From Schizochytrium sp. TIO01 (Eukaryota; Protista; Bigyra: Labyrinthulomycetes), in the NCBI GenBank assembly GCA_004764695.1, contig SMSO01000033.1, forward strand, positions 248,001 through 312,000: a stretch of 64,000 nucleotides of DNA, given 5' to 3'. Below, piece after piece: positions 32,035-42,777 of this stretch. A program made the position numbers and the translations under genes. The notes below the pieces were generated by a model. The model was not told the DNA's origin and made no database searches. It saw only the letters and a program-made list of their open reading frames with translations. Within the stretch, counting starts at the first letter, position 1, and every line of letters starts with the position of its first letter.

Positions 32035-33651
32035 TCAAGAAAAAAGCATGCCAAAGCTACCATTGTCCATGGATATGATAGCACCGCCACCAATGAAAAG
32101 AGAGAAACCAAAAGGGTCCCAGGCATGAGTAAAAATGCTTGCTGGTGCCGTGTAGCGAAACTGCAATGGACGGTCTGGCTTGCGCGCGTCAAACATGAAA
32201 AGTTTCCCGCTTGCTCCTCCACAAGTGGCATAATGGCCGCGGATAGAGAACGATCGAATTGGCCCGTTTGTCGTGTCTTCAGACATAAAAGCACACGCAC
32301 GATTATTGAGATCACGGGAATCAAAAAGTCGGATATCATGACGAAGCCCAAATCCGAAAATGTGGGGATCTGTATCGTGCACCGCAAGACAAGGGGAGAA
32401 CTCCAGAATAGCACTACGGGAAGACTGCATATCAGAGTTTACCATGGCACTTTTAGACAGATGGTCACTTACGGAGGGTGATCCATGGGCAACATCCCAG
32501 AGCAACACAGCACTGTCAGGCTTAGCATCCGGCGCAATGGTGACAAGTCGAGAGCGCTCAGCCCCTCCAGTAAAAAAGGCTTTACAGTCCCTTACCTTAA
32601 AACCGCCATGCGCCTTAAGGTAGGAGGACTTTGTTACCAGTGCCCCCGGGACATGTTGAGACTGATGTTGTGCCATAGAGACGGTTTCTGAGGAGCTCGA
32701 GCTCTGGGCAGAAAGTGTTGATGAGCGGGAGACGGCAGGGCCCGTGCTGGCAAGATCCTGCATGTCCTCTGGCAAAGATCGCACGACTAGCGAGCCATCA
32801 CGCGACGCCGATACCAGCGTATGATCATTGATCCAACTCACAGCGAAGACCCAGTCCTTATGACTCGCATCTTCGTCTGAGCATACTGTGAGAGGTTTCA
32901 TGTCATGTACACGATAAAGTGCTACTGTCTCAGCCCTAAGTCCAATGCCTGCGCAAGCAAGAACTGTATTAGATGGGTTCACCGATAGGTCATGAATGCC
33001 CCCGGACTCGTGGTCGCTTCTAGCAATGTTTGCATTAACAGGAAGCCTCGTTTCTACGCATGTGGGTTTCTGAGTTGCAATTTCTTCATGGGGTTTAAAC
33101 CTCAACAGCCTTCCACATTTAGTCCCGACAAGAAGATCCTTGTGGTCAAGCCACTTGCAGCAAAATACTTTGTCCACTTCGCGGCTACCTACGAGCTCAC
33201 TTAACTCCGCTTCTAATGCACTTCCTCCAGTATTCACTGAAGTAGCCGGATGTCCCAAACTTTGATCCGGGACCGTTTCTACAGCATTGCTGTCACTCCC
33301 ACGCTCCTCTTGGCGTCCATTTTCCTGAGTTTCAAGGAGATCATGAGAGGTGTTTTCGTTATCATGAGCACCTGCATTAACATCTTGAGTTCGTGAAAGA
33401 CTGCTCTGAGCGCTGTTTGGAGGGTCGTTTAGAGGCCCATTTAGGCTTTCGGGTTCCTGGTTCCCAGTGTTCTCAACACTCCTCGTGCCCTGCAGCTCAA
33501 GTTCCCGCGACCTCAGCGTGCGCAGGAGCGCGTCGAAGCTTGACAAGGACCTTTTGCCGCCACTCAGTTCGCTCGAGCGCACATCATCAAAGCTGTTTCG
33601 CCTTCCCCGACGCCGCTTAGCGCCTCCCGGAATCTCCTCAGGCGTTACCAT
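32035..33651 (-). CDS. DCAF12: DDB1- and CUL4-associated factor 12-like WD40 substrate receptor
   Basis: KVFCCKWLDHKDLLVGTKCG, GGIHDLSVNPSNTVLA, HKDWVFAVSWINDHTLVSASRDGS, KVRD, IFTHAWDPFGFSLFIGGG...GSFGMLFS match DCAF12/WDR40 blocks in order. Confidence 0.85.
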   Translation of the reverse strand: MVTPEEIPGGAKRRRGRRNSFDDVRSSELSGGKRSLSSFDALLRTLRSRELELQGTRSVENTGNQEPESLNGPLNDPPNSAQSSLSRTQDVNAGAHDNENTSHDLLETQENGRQEERGSDSNAVETVPDQSLGHPATSVNTGGSALEAELSELVGSREVDKVFCCKWLDHKDLLVGTKCGRLLRFKPHEEIATQKPTCVETRLPVNANIARSDHESGGIHDLSVNPSNTVLACAGIGLRAETVALYRVHDMKPLTVCSDEDASHKDWVFAVSWINDHTLVSASRDGSLVVRSLPEDMQDLASTGPAVSRSSTLSAQSSSSSETVSMAQHQSQHVPGALVTKSSYLKAHGGFKVRDCKAFFTGGAERSRLVTIAPDAKPDSAVLLWDVAHGSPSVSDHLSKSAMVNSDMQSSRSAILEFSPCLAVHDTDPHIFGFGLRHDIRLFDSRDLNNRACAFMSEDTTNGPIRSFSIRGHYATCGGASGKLFMFDARKPDRPLQFRYTAPASIFTHAWDPFGFSLFIGGGAIISMDNGSFGMLFS

Positions 33652-35182
33652 GCTGCTAACTTAGCTTGCTTCGTTCTCACTCAACACCACCACGCCAAGC
33701 CAGATTATGTGACGGCGGCGCGATGCCGTGCTCGTCGCCAAGCTGTTCTCAAGATCGAGCACCGCTCTGGCTTCGAGAGATGTCAGTTTGGGGCTTGCTG
33801 CGTCTAAACCGGGCTTTTCCGCACCCTTATTTACTTTGAAGAAAGAAAAGCGCAGAATTTTAATTTGGTTTTGTTTGTTTGTTTGTTTGTTTGTTTCTTT
33901 CTTTCTTTCAACTACGTAGATTGTACCTCTAGAGGTTGTTTATATCATTCAGGCATTCAGGTTATGTTCTCTACATATCATCACCCCCATTCTCATCTGC
34001 ATCAGAAGACTTACGAGGGACAGTATTTTCTTCTCAACTTGGCCAGGAAACCTGCAAGGTCCATGCAAAATTACTCGAAGCCGGAACGTGCGAGAGATAA
34101 ACGACAAGGCCCTCTGTTCAATCGATCGCCTTGAACCTTAATAATTACTGTCCTTGGAAGACTAGGACCCCTATGAATAGTTTCCACCTTCCCAAGCTAG
34201 ACGGTTGCTTCTTAGCTCGCTTATTCGCGTGCTCTTGTCGACCAGAACAAACAAATTCTCGCAGAAGCGCGCTGTGTTCTATTCCACGCAAACGTACGTA
34301 CGAAATTCCATCATGGCGTGGGAATATAACCTCGTAAGTACCTTATGCATCCTCTCAAGACATGAAACAATTGTTTGTTTTTCGGGAGGACTACTCCTCT
34401 CTCCATAAAAGAAAAAACTGACTTTATTCAAGATGATTCGAACGGGACATTCTGCTTCACGCATAGCGTCTGCAGAGAAGAACTCGAATGTGCATTTGGA
34501 CGATGAGCCAGTGTCTCTTGATGTTTTCATGTGGTTCATCGAATGTGTTCATGCACCGCAGAGCAGTTATTCATAAGTTCTCCATAAAAGTGTTGGCATC
34601 ATTATGACAAGGCCTAATACTGCTCTCCTATAATATTGTTGCATTTTGTACTGGTAAAGAAACGATAAGCAAGAAAAGGAATAAAGTAGTTACAAACATC
34701 TCTCCTACTACACCTTGCTTAGGTTATGGTGCAAATAAAGCAACTTCGATTGCGATCACCCGTTGGATAAGATTATTGTCCTCTACCTTGATCATAAGGA
34801 TGGCCGCATTGTGTAAGAAATCAGAGAACTCATCATAATTTGGTTAGAAAAGAGGGATAAGACCTTTCAACTTTCATTCAATCATAAGTTATAGTCAACT
34901 TTGGAAAAGCAATAGTTCACTGTGAAGAAATAAATAACTGACTTTTATGAAAGGAAATTAGTTTACTTTCAATGGACTATTTGACCGCCTAATCGTGACT
35001 CACGCTAACCTATATGGGTCCAATCGCTGCAAAGCAAGCAAAGCGAGCAAGTCAGTGAAGTGCAGAAACAATAAACAAGCAAAGGTATTGCAAGACGGAA
35101 TTCGGGTTCATCAGAGCATTAACTTCTGGGGACTTTAGACAGCAACTGGCTCGTTATAAACAAGAAACCCTCCTGTGGTGCG

Positions 35183-36253
35183 ATGACGTCTCCAGTATGG
35201 CTAGAGACGGAGATCTCTGCTCTGATGCCAGATGCCGCCACCACTACGAACTCTGAGGATCCTACCTCAGAAACTAACTTAGAACAAACCACGAGACGAT
35301 TTATGCCTCCTTTGGGTGATGAAAATGTTTTGCAACGACTTAATGCTGCTTCTAGAAAGGGCCCTCGCGGATTTCTGCAGGAGCTTGCAGAGTTAGACTC
35401 AGGCGTGGCACGCACTGGCGTTTACACATGTATGCGAACCAGCAAAAACCACATGCAAGCATTGCGGGAAAGTGGAAATGCTAGCGGCGGCCCATGCGCC
35501 TCTGCAGTGCTCAAGCTTGAGCTACACGTGTCACGACTCACACAAGGCTTGTCCAAGATGGCACCGCTTGCGCAGCCACTCGAGTCTTTCCATGTCATGT
35601 TTGGTTTACAAAAGGTGCTTGAAGATTACGGCCGGCAGCTACCTGAGGAAGATAGGGATGCACTTAATGCTGCAGTCCTCGTTACCATAGCATCGTTTAT
35701 TCCAGAGGGCAAATCTGTGCCAAGGATGTTTGTACACGCAATGAACGGACCGCCCATCTCTCCGATGGTGGAACTTGCAGTGCTCACACGGGAACGCACC
35801 GCACAAGGTAACCGTCAAGGAGGTAAACCACTCGTCAAAAGCATCTCTTGGATCTCCGAACGGGCACCAATTGAGCAGAAAGAGTCTATGACAGGTGTAT
35901 CAGAGATAATTATGCTTGACAAGGACGGTGGTGATGCTGTTTTAGAAGGCCTTGTGTCAAACGTTTTCGTTGTTACCAAGGATGGAACAGTGCGCACAGC
36001 ATGCGCAGATGTCCTTCCTGGATGCACGCGCGAAATGGTGATTGATAAGTGCAGGGCTCTTGACATCCCACTCTGCTTGCAAGCACCACTCTTGTCCGAG
36101 GTCGATTCTTGGGCAAGTGTCTTCCTCACTAATGCGAATAAACCTGTTGTAGAAGTCAGACGCATTCGCTTGCCTGATGAGCTTGCTACACTTCAACTTC
36201 CCGGCCATGAGGTGACTAAACGCCTCTTTGAGGCAGTTAGTGAGGAGTTCTAG
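35183..36253 (+). CDS. PLP-dependent fold-type IV enzyme (D-amino-acid aminotransferase / ADC-lyase-like, function unknown)
   Basis: GVYTCMRT, LHVSRL, putative Schiff-base Lys in VKSISW, LEGLVSNVFVV, VLPGCTR, VFLTNA. Confidence 0.85.
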   Translation: MTSPVWLETEISALMPDAATTTNSEDPTSETNLEQTTRRFMPPLGDENVLQRLNAASRKGPRGFLQELAELDSGVARTGVYTCMRTSKNHMQALRESGNASGGPCASAVLKLELHVSRLTQGLSKMAPLAQPLESFHVMFGLQKVLEDYGRQLPEEDRDALNAAVLVTIASFIPEGKSVPRMFVHAMNGPPISPMVELAVLTRERTAQGNRQGGKPLVKSISWISERAPIEQKESMTGVSEIIMLDKDGGDAVLEGLVSNVFVVTKDGTVRTACADVLPGCTREMVIDKCRALDIPLCLQAPLLSEVDSWASVFLTNANKPVVEVRRIRLPDELATLQLPGHEVTKRLFEAVSEEF

Positions 36254-36788
36254 TTAGTTTACTTCTTATATAGATAGAAACTCTCTCCGAAATCTGCATA
36301 TCGCCGCAATTGTGTGCGAGAGGCCGTTCTATTTCTCGTACAAACGCAAAGTCTTTGATACTATTCGGAATCTAGTCGAATCACGACTCTGTTGCTGCAG
36401 CCCATGAATGAGATATTGGTAATTTTGCCAAAGTACATTGAAATGTCCGAATGAATACAATGATCTGATCTTCAAGGACCAGCCTGAAATAATTGTACGA
36501 TGAATTGTATGCGATGTTCACGTGCTCGTAACCTCTACCTATGGAAGTACTTTGTAAGTATCTTTCTCTTCAACACACATCAAATTAAGTGAATTCTTAT
36601 CTTTGTTAGTTCTTTTAAGTTGTAAAACCCCAGTCTTTTTTACAAACGATCACGATAGAAACAAAAACATATTTAATAGTGAGATGGATGGCTTTCTTTA
36701 TTCTTCATTCGGGGATATCGAAACACTTGGGCCATATTGAAGCGAAACTCCCCTAAGTGTATCATCATGCTGCGTATTTGTTATCGTC

Positions 36789-38261
36789 TCATTCCTCTTT
36801 TTCACCGGCTTTGCTGCCAAGGACAGCTTTCTCTAAACAGTAGCGAACCGTTTGCGTAAGGCGAAGGCATCTCTCATCGCGAAATCCCAAAATCGAGTCT
36901 AGGAATGGACCATTCATTGTATAGGCGATAGCAAGGTCAAGCTCCTCATTCCAAGCAAAAACGCTACCGCCAAAGCCACCCCATCCACAAAATCCTTGTG
37001 CAGGCGCCGGCCAACTCGCACCATCAAATTTGCAAAATCCACCCTGAGTAAAAGTCGTATTCATGCAGATAAGATGATCATACTTTGCCACGGGTTTACT
37101 GCTCAAGGCCTGGTGCACTTTTTCGGGAAACAACTGATGACGCACCATGAGATCTGCAACCTTGGCAAGTGCCCGAGCATTCGTGAGAACGTTCACTGAT
37201 GGGATTTCAGAATTGTGAATATCCTCGTGGTTATAGTATTCACGGCGGTTAGGAATGTCATACCAAATGATTTTTTCTTGCCTTTTGATTGGTGACGTCT
37301 TGTCAAGCAGATTCGACATGCGTAATTTTTCGTCTTCAGTTCGTTTTCCAGAAAGGATCTTTACGTAATAATGAGCAATCACCTCCGGAATCGTGTTGAA
37401 TTTAAGTGACCAGACTCGTTTACGCTCCTCCAACGTTGGATCACCAAGAACCATACTTATACCGAGAGGTTCCGCAAGCTCTGCACGGATAATCTGACCA
37501 ATCGTGCGATGCTCTGGATCTGTACGACGAACCAACTCCTGCAAAATAAAACCACGTGTTAATCCATGATATACACGGTCATACGGTTTAATATTGCTCA
37601 TTTTCTCTGCCCATAAGGGGGGTTGGGCAGCTATAAATTCAGCAATTTCGTCAAGACGCTCACGCTTGGCCTGGCCAGAATTAATTGTTGACCCCTTCGG
37701 AAAGTAGGCTAGACCAGATTCATGTCGAAGCACTTGAGCAACAGTGATGTCTTCCTTCCCTTGTTGGGCAAACTCTGGCCAGTACTGCGAGACTTTCGCT
37801 TCATAATCAATATGGCCTTCTGCGACAGCACGCGCAATCACAATTGCTGCAAGATTCTTGGAACTGCTAAATGTAAACTGCAATGATTCACCATCATAGC
37901 CTGGCCCCAGCGTTCCTCCATACAGATCGACAACTTTTTCTCCTTTGTGATAAACCACAAACTGAGCTCCTCTTTCAAGGCCTTCATCGACATTCTTTTG
38001 AAATGCGACACGTACAGCCTCAAACCCTGGGGCGACTTCGCCCAGTACTTGACCTTTGGTCACATATTTGCCAATTCCTAGAACTCGAGCCCACAAGGGG
38101 TGTCTGGATCCTCCAACGCTATACGCCAGTACGGTTAACGCTATTCCAAGCAATGCCACCCATGTTTTGTCGATGCTATACGGGCTATCCCATACGCCCA
38201 CAGCCAATTCTTTCACAAGCACGAGCCTTACGATGCCCATGAAAAACGAAGCAAGTGCCAT
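36789..38261 (-). CDS. Beta-lactamase-fold serine hydrolase (family VIII esterase-like), copy 1
   Basis: SxxK (FSSSKN), LRHESGL, catalytic Tyr (VYHGLTRG), GWGGFGG; hydrophobic N-terminal segments. Confidence 0.92.
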   Translation of the reverse strand: MALASFFMGIVRLVLVKELAVGVWDSPYSIDKTWVALLGIALTVLAYSVGGSRHPLWARVLGIGKYVTKGQVLGEVAPGFEAVRVAFQKNVDEGLERGAQFVVYHKGEKVVDLYGGTLGPGYDGESLQFTFSSSKNLAAIVIARAVAEGHIDYEAKVSQYWPEFAQQGKEDITVAQVLRHESGLAYFPKGSTINSGQAKRERLDEIAEFIAAQPPLWAEKMSNIKPYDRVYHGLTRGFILQELVRRTDPEHRTIGQIIRAELAEPLGISMVLGDPTLEERKRVWSLKFNTIPEVIAHYYVKILSGKRTEDEKLRMSNLLDKTSPIKRQEKIIWYDIPNRREYYNHEDIHNSEIPSVNVLTNARALAKVADLMVRHQLFPEKVHQALSSKPVAKYDHLICMNTTFTQGGFCKFDGASWPAPAQGFCGWGGFGGSVFAWNEELDLAIAYTMNGPFLDSILGFRDERCLRLTQTVRYCLEKAVLGSKAGEKEE

Positions 38262-38848
38262 CCTGCCAGGGCCCAGCTTAGCTCCTTATACTTAGAGAGT
38301 CTTTTCAGGAGGTCTTGTTTGCCTATGAATCCGAATCTAGCCTATGAAAGCTCCAAGCGCAGGAGCCTATCCGTACTTTTGGCTCTATGCCTTTGCTTTG
38401 GCTATACTCAAATTAGTTTTGATATCCACACCGTTCGTCGCAGAATTCGCAAGTTTTACAAATTTTATAGTTTAATAATTAAGTGAGGTATGTAAGTGTC
38501 AACTAAGTACCTACCTACCTACTTACTAGTTAGGTACGTATGATAGTATTAGGAACAAGGAATGACATGTAATGAATAAGTACTGTTAACACCTTGTTAC
38601 AAGACAATGGCCAGGAATTTCAGTATTCAGAGGTTATAGACCTGAGATAACCTCAAAGGTTCCCTAAACTTCAAGGCCGTGTGGCAAACTTTTAGAGAAA
38701 GGAAACGAAATCGAAGTCGGTTCTACATACCCAGGGGGGTGATACGTAAAAACCAAAACAGTTGTTTCGGAGTGGACTATAAATCGCACTAGGAAATAGC
38801 TCATGTATTTAGTTGTGAAAGTTAGCAAACTGATATTTAATTGTGGGT

Positions 38849-40300
38849 TTAGGCTGACTTTGCCTCTTGTGCTTCAATGCATTTGAGAAGCGCCTTGGAC
38901 AATCGGATGCAGCGAGGGTCCTTGGCGCCGAAGATTGAACTAAAAATGTTGCCGTTCATGACATACGCAATGGCAAGCTCGAGATCATTGCTCCAGGCCA
39001 TGAGATTGCCACCAAAGCCACCCCAACCGTAAAAACTGTTGAAGACAGGGTCGAATAGAGGAGCATCGAGCTTGCAAAAGCCTCCCTTAGTAAACGCTGT
39101 TTCCATAAACAGAGCTTTGTCATACCTGACAATGGGCTCTGACTCGGCTGCAGCATGGGTCTTGGCATCAAACATGTCACGACGAGCCATTGCATCTGCA
39201 ATCTTTGCCACGCTAAGCGCATTAGTGTACACATTTGCAGATAAAATCTCAAGTTCATACATAAGAGGATCATTAAACCAGTCGTTCGGGTTCTTGAAGG
39301 ACTTCATATCGATTGCATTCCATGCAAGGCTTAGCTCAGAGGATGTGTTACCAAATCCGCCAAAGCGATCGCGTTCTTCTTTTGTGGTCTGGCCTGTAAT
39401 GAGTTTGAAAAAGTGGCTAATCAAGAAGTGTGGAATACCATTAAAATCCAGACGCCAGACACGTTCACGCTCTTCAGGAGTCAGATCACCAACGGCGGCG
39501 GTAATTCCCATGGGTTGAGCGATCTCTTGGCGAATGATTTGGCCTACAGTGCGATGCTGAGGGTCAGCCCGACGCACGATTTCTTGAAGCAGGAGACCCC
39601 GGGTTGCGGCATGGTAGATACGGTCGTGTGGTTCAAGGCTATCCTTGTTGGTCCAAACTGGGGCAAGGCCAGCCATCAAAGCTGCAGACTCGTCAAGATT
39701 GGAGGTGTGAAACATCTCACCAGGGATCAGTTTGCCATCAGAGCGGTAGGGTAATCCAGCTTCATGGCGCAAAACGTCGGCAACTGTGATGTCCTCCTTT
39801 CCGTTTTGCGCGAACTCAGGCCAATACTTTGACACTTTAGCATTGTAATCAAGGTGACCGTCGGCAACAAGTCGAGCTACGACGATGGCGGCAAGATTCT
39901 TGGATAAACTAAATGCAAATTGCAAGCTTTCGCCATCATACTTGTCCCCAAGAGTACCTCCATGCAGGTCCACTACCTTACGGCCCTTATAATAAACAGC
40001 AAACTGGGCTCCATGCTCGAGACCTTCATCAACATTCTGTTGAAACGCTTCTCGCACAGCTTCAAAGCCGGGTGCGACCTCGCCTTCCACCTTGTTTTTC
40101 ACGGCATATTTACCCACACCAAGAACCTTGGCCCAAAGTGGGTGTCGAACCGCACCTAGACCAAAAGCCACGGCTGCCAGAACTACGCTCAAGAGTCCAA
40201 TGCGTGTTTTGTTTAGGCCTCCGTTTCCGTCGCCCGCAACGAGCTCTTTCACAAGCGCTAGCCGCGTGCCAGCCATAAACAGCGAATATCCAACAGTCAT
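38849..40300 (-). CDS. Beta-lactamase-fold serine hydrolase (family VIII esterase-like), copy 2
   Basis: FSLSKN, LRHEAGL, IYHAATRG, GWGGFGG; N-terminal hydrophobic segments. Confidence 0.92.
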   Translation of the reverse strand: MTVGYSLFMAGTRLALVKELVAGDGNGGLNKTRIGLLSVVLAAVAFGLGAVRHPLWAKVLGVGKYAVKNKVEGEVAPGFEAVREAFQQNVDEGLEHGAQFAVYYKGRKVVDLHGGTLGDKYDGESLQFAFSLSKNLAAIVVARLVADGHLDYNAKVSKYWPEFAQNGKEDITVADVLRHEAGLPYRSDGKLIPGEMFHTSNLDESAALMAGLAPVWTNKDSLEPHDRIYHAATRGLLLQEIVRRADPQHRTVGQIIRQEIAQPMGITAAVGDLTPEERERVWRLDFNGIPHFLISHFFKLITGQTTKEERDRFGGFGNTSSELSLAWNAIDMKSFKNPNDWFNDPLMYELEILSANVYTNALSVAKIADAMARRDMFDAKTHAAAESEPIVRYDKALFMETAFTKGGFCKLDAPLFDPVFNSFYGWGGFGGNLMAWSNDLELAIAYVMNGNIFSSIFGAKDPRCIRLSKALLKCIEAQEAKSA

Positions 40301-40625
40301 CTTACTTGCTGCTGTCGCAATCTATCAGATTCCGCGCTTGTCTGCTTGCAAGCAAGCAAGCAAGCAATCAAGCAAGCAAGCCTGTCAAACCTAAGCCCCA
40401 AAGTTATTGGCTTTTCGTGTCTGCTGCATGAGCCCAAGCTATTTTGCCAAATTTGGTACATGGCGTCCTTCTCCGTCCCTCTTCAATTGCAGATTGTAAA
40501 AAGGATTTTTTTGTTTGTTTCTTTTTTAGAAAGTAAAATACAATGCTACAGTTTACAATAATAAGCACACTACCTATGGGAGGTCTCTCATCGTGAATGT
40601 GCACACCTTTGAGTGGATTCGAGGG

Positions 40626-40961
40626 TTCGAGTCTTTCAGACTTACACATGACATGTGTTGCTCTAGGTATGAGCAGGAGATATTAGAATAGAAGTTACGA
40701 GTATGAAGAATCCAATTGATGGAGCTATGCGATGAAGGGAGTTCTACTTATTTAATTCTGTATTCAACTAACGACAATGATTGTACGAGCGATTTCGAGT
40801 CTTTCAGACTTACACATGACATGTGTTGCTCTAGGTATGAGCAGGAGATATTAGAATAGAAGTTACGAGTATGAAGAATCCAATTGATGGAGCTATGCGA
40901 TGAAGGGAGTTCTACTTATTTAATTCTGTATTCAACTAACGACAATGATTGTACGAGCGAT
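40626..40961. repeat. Exact 168-bp direct tandem duplication (40626-40793 / 40794-40961)
   Basis: Both copies read ttcgagtctttcagacttac...gattgtacgagcgat; no mismatch seen. Confidence 0.95.
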
Positions 40962-41316
40962 ATCGGATAGCAAGGGGTGTAGCTCCAGCTGGTGTTCCTG
41001 TAACATAAAGTGTGAAGTAGGTTTAGTATGCGGACTATCAAACACAGGTACTTGACTTGCTTGAATGCGTCGTGGTCATAAGGGAAGACCTAAAATGGAT
41101 TAAATCGTCCGTTAAAATGGACAGAAAAGAAATAGAGTTTGCAAGGTTTCGACAGTCGATTTATTGATAGGTCCAAATCGGTAGTAGGAGGTCGCAAACT
41201 GTAATTTACCTCTCTCATTGAAGAATGGAAGATTTGAGGATATGAGACTTGGACAAAATGAAGTTGTATGATAGGCCGCGAATTAACTGATTGGGTGTTC
41301 ACCCAAACGCGCGAGA

Positions 41317-42777
41317 TTAGATCCCCTGCGCTGCAAGGCAGTCCCTAAGAGCCTGAGTGAGACGAAGGCATCTAGGATCTCGAAATCCTAGAAGTGACGT
41401 ATAAATGCTTCCATTTTGCAGGTACGCAAGGCCAACTTCAAGCTCCTGATTCCAGCAGAACTGGTTACCTCCATATCCTCCCCAGCCGGTGAAACCAGAG
41501 CAAGCTTCGTCAAAGTGAGGAGGTCCAAAGTTGGCAAAACCACCTTGAGTAAAGAGTGTTTCGAAGCATAGGGTGTAATCATATTTTGAGGTTGGTTGAG
41601 CATGAGCTGCCGCATGCGTCTCGGCTGGAAGGAGTTTGCCACGAGATAAAAGGTCCGCCAGCACACCAAGCGAGCGAGCATTCGAAAGACTGTTTGCTGA
41701 TCCGATTTCAGCCGCCCGCACGTCTGCTTCATTGAACCACGAATCCGGATCAGGGAAGGATGAGAAATCCATCGAGTTAAATGATTTACTCGGCCTGGAT
41801 GTTGGAATGCCGAGAGCGGCTACTCGAACATTATCATCGGGACGGTTTTCTCTCAACATAAGACCTAAAAAGTGGCGAACTAGCATTTCCGCAAAGCCGT
41901 CGAACTGCAAATTTGATACACGAGCTTCTTCTCCTGGAGAAGGCCCACCAAATACAACGTCTAAACCTAGTGGTCCTGTTATTTCTTGCTTGAGAAGAAT
42001 ACCAATGCTTCGTTTCGCCGGGTCAGCACGCCGCACAATTTCTTGCAGAATGAAGCCGCGCGTATATGTATGATAAATACGATCCTTTGGCTTAAAGCCT
42101 TTATCGTATGTCCAGATTGGAGCTTGTTCAGCGATGAAGTTTGCCATTTTGTCGAGTTCATCTCGCTTGGCGTAGTTCCAGGGTGCTTTTGTATTGCCAT
42201 CAGCAAAGTACGCCAGTCCCGCTTCATGGCGTAAAACATCTGCTACGGTAATCTCTTCTTTGCCGTTCTGGGCGAACTCTGGCCAATACTCTGCGACCTT
42301 GGCTTGGTAGTCGAGGTGTCCCTTCGAAACAAGATGTGCGATTGCCAACGCCGAGAGGTTTTTGGTAACACTAAAAACAACCTGTAAAGTATCTCCATCA
42401 TACTTATCGCCGAGAGTTCCGCCATAAAGATCCACCACTTTCTTACCTTTGTGATATACCACGAGCTGAGAGCCACGTTCGAGACCGTCATCGACATTAC
42501 GTTGGTACGCTTCGCGCACTGCTTCAAAGCCTGGTGCCACTTCGCCAACAACTTTACCCTTGGTTACATACTTGCCAATCCCAAGCATACGTGCCCACAA
42601 TGGATGTCTTGGCCCTCCAAGACCATAAGCTAAAGTTGCGAGCAACACAGTGAATGCAACCAAGCGTACATTGTTCAGGGATCCTTTCAAAAAACCTTGT
42701 AAAAGTTCATTTAGCAAGAGTAACCTCGCGCCGCCCAAGAGCGCCGATTTGGCAGTCAGCTTGATCTCACCCGTCAT
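41317..42777 (-). CDS. Beta-lactamase-fold serine hydrolase (family VIII esterase-like), copy 3
   Basis: FSVTKN, LRHEAGL, IYHTYTRG, GWGGYGG; first ATG at 42777. Confidence 0.92.
   Translation of the reverse strand: MTGEIKLTAKSALLGGARLLLLNELLQGFLKGSLNNVRLVAFTVLLATLAYGLGGPRHPLWARMLGIGKYVTKGKVVGEVAPGFEAVREAYQRNVDDGLERGSQLVVYHKGKKVVDLYGGTLGDKYDGDTLQVVFSVTKNLSALAIAHLVSKGHLDYQAKVAEYWPEFAQNGKEEITVADVLRHEAGLAYFADGNTKAPWNYAKRDELDKMANFIAEQAPIWTYDKGFKPKDRIYHTYTRGFILQEIVRRADPAKRSIGILLKQEITGPLGLDVVFGGPSPGEEARVSNLQFDGFAEMLVRHFLGLMLRENRPDDNVRVAALGIPTSRPSKSFNSMDFSSFPDPDSWFNEADVRAAEIGSANSLSNARSLGVLADLLSRGKLLPAETHAAAHAQPTSKYDYTLCFETLFTQGGFANFGPPHFDEACSGFTGWGGYGGNQFCWNQELEVGLAYLQNGSIYTSLLGFRDPRCLRLTQALRDCLAAQGI

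Noticed and set aside
40621-40640. GAGGGTTCGAGTCTTTC resembles a tRNA T-arm/B-box
   Set aside because: No A-box, D-arm, anticodon arm or acceptor stem could be built. Similar GGTTCGA hits at ~4462 and ~61035 also fail.
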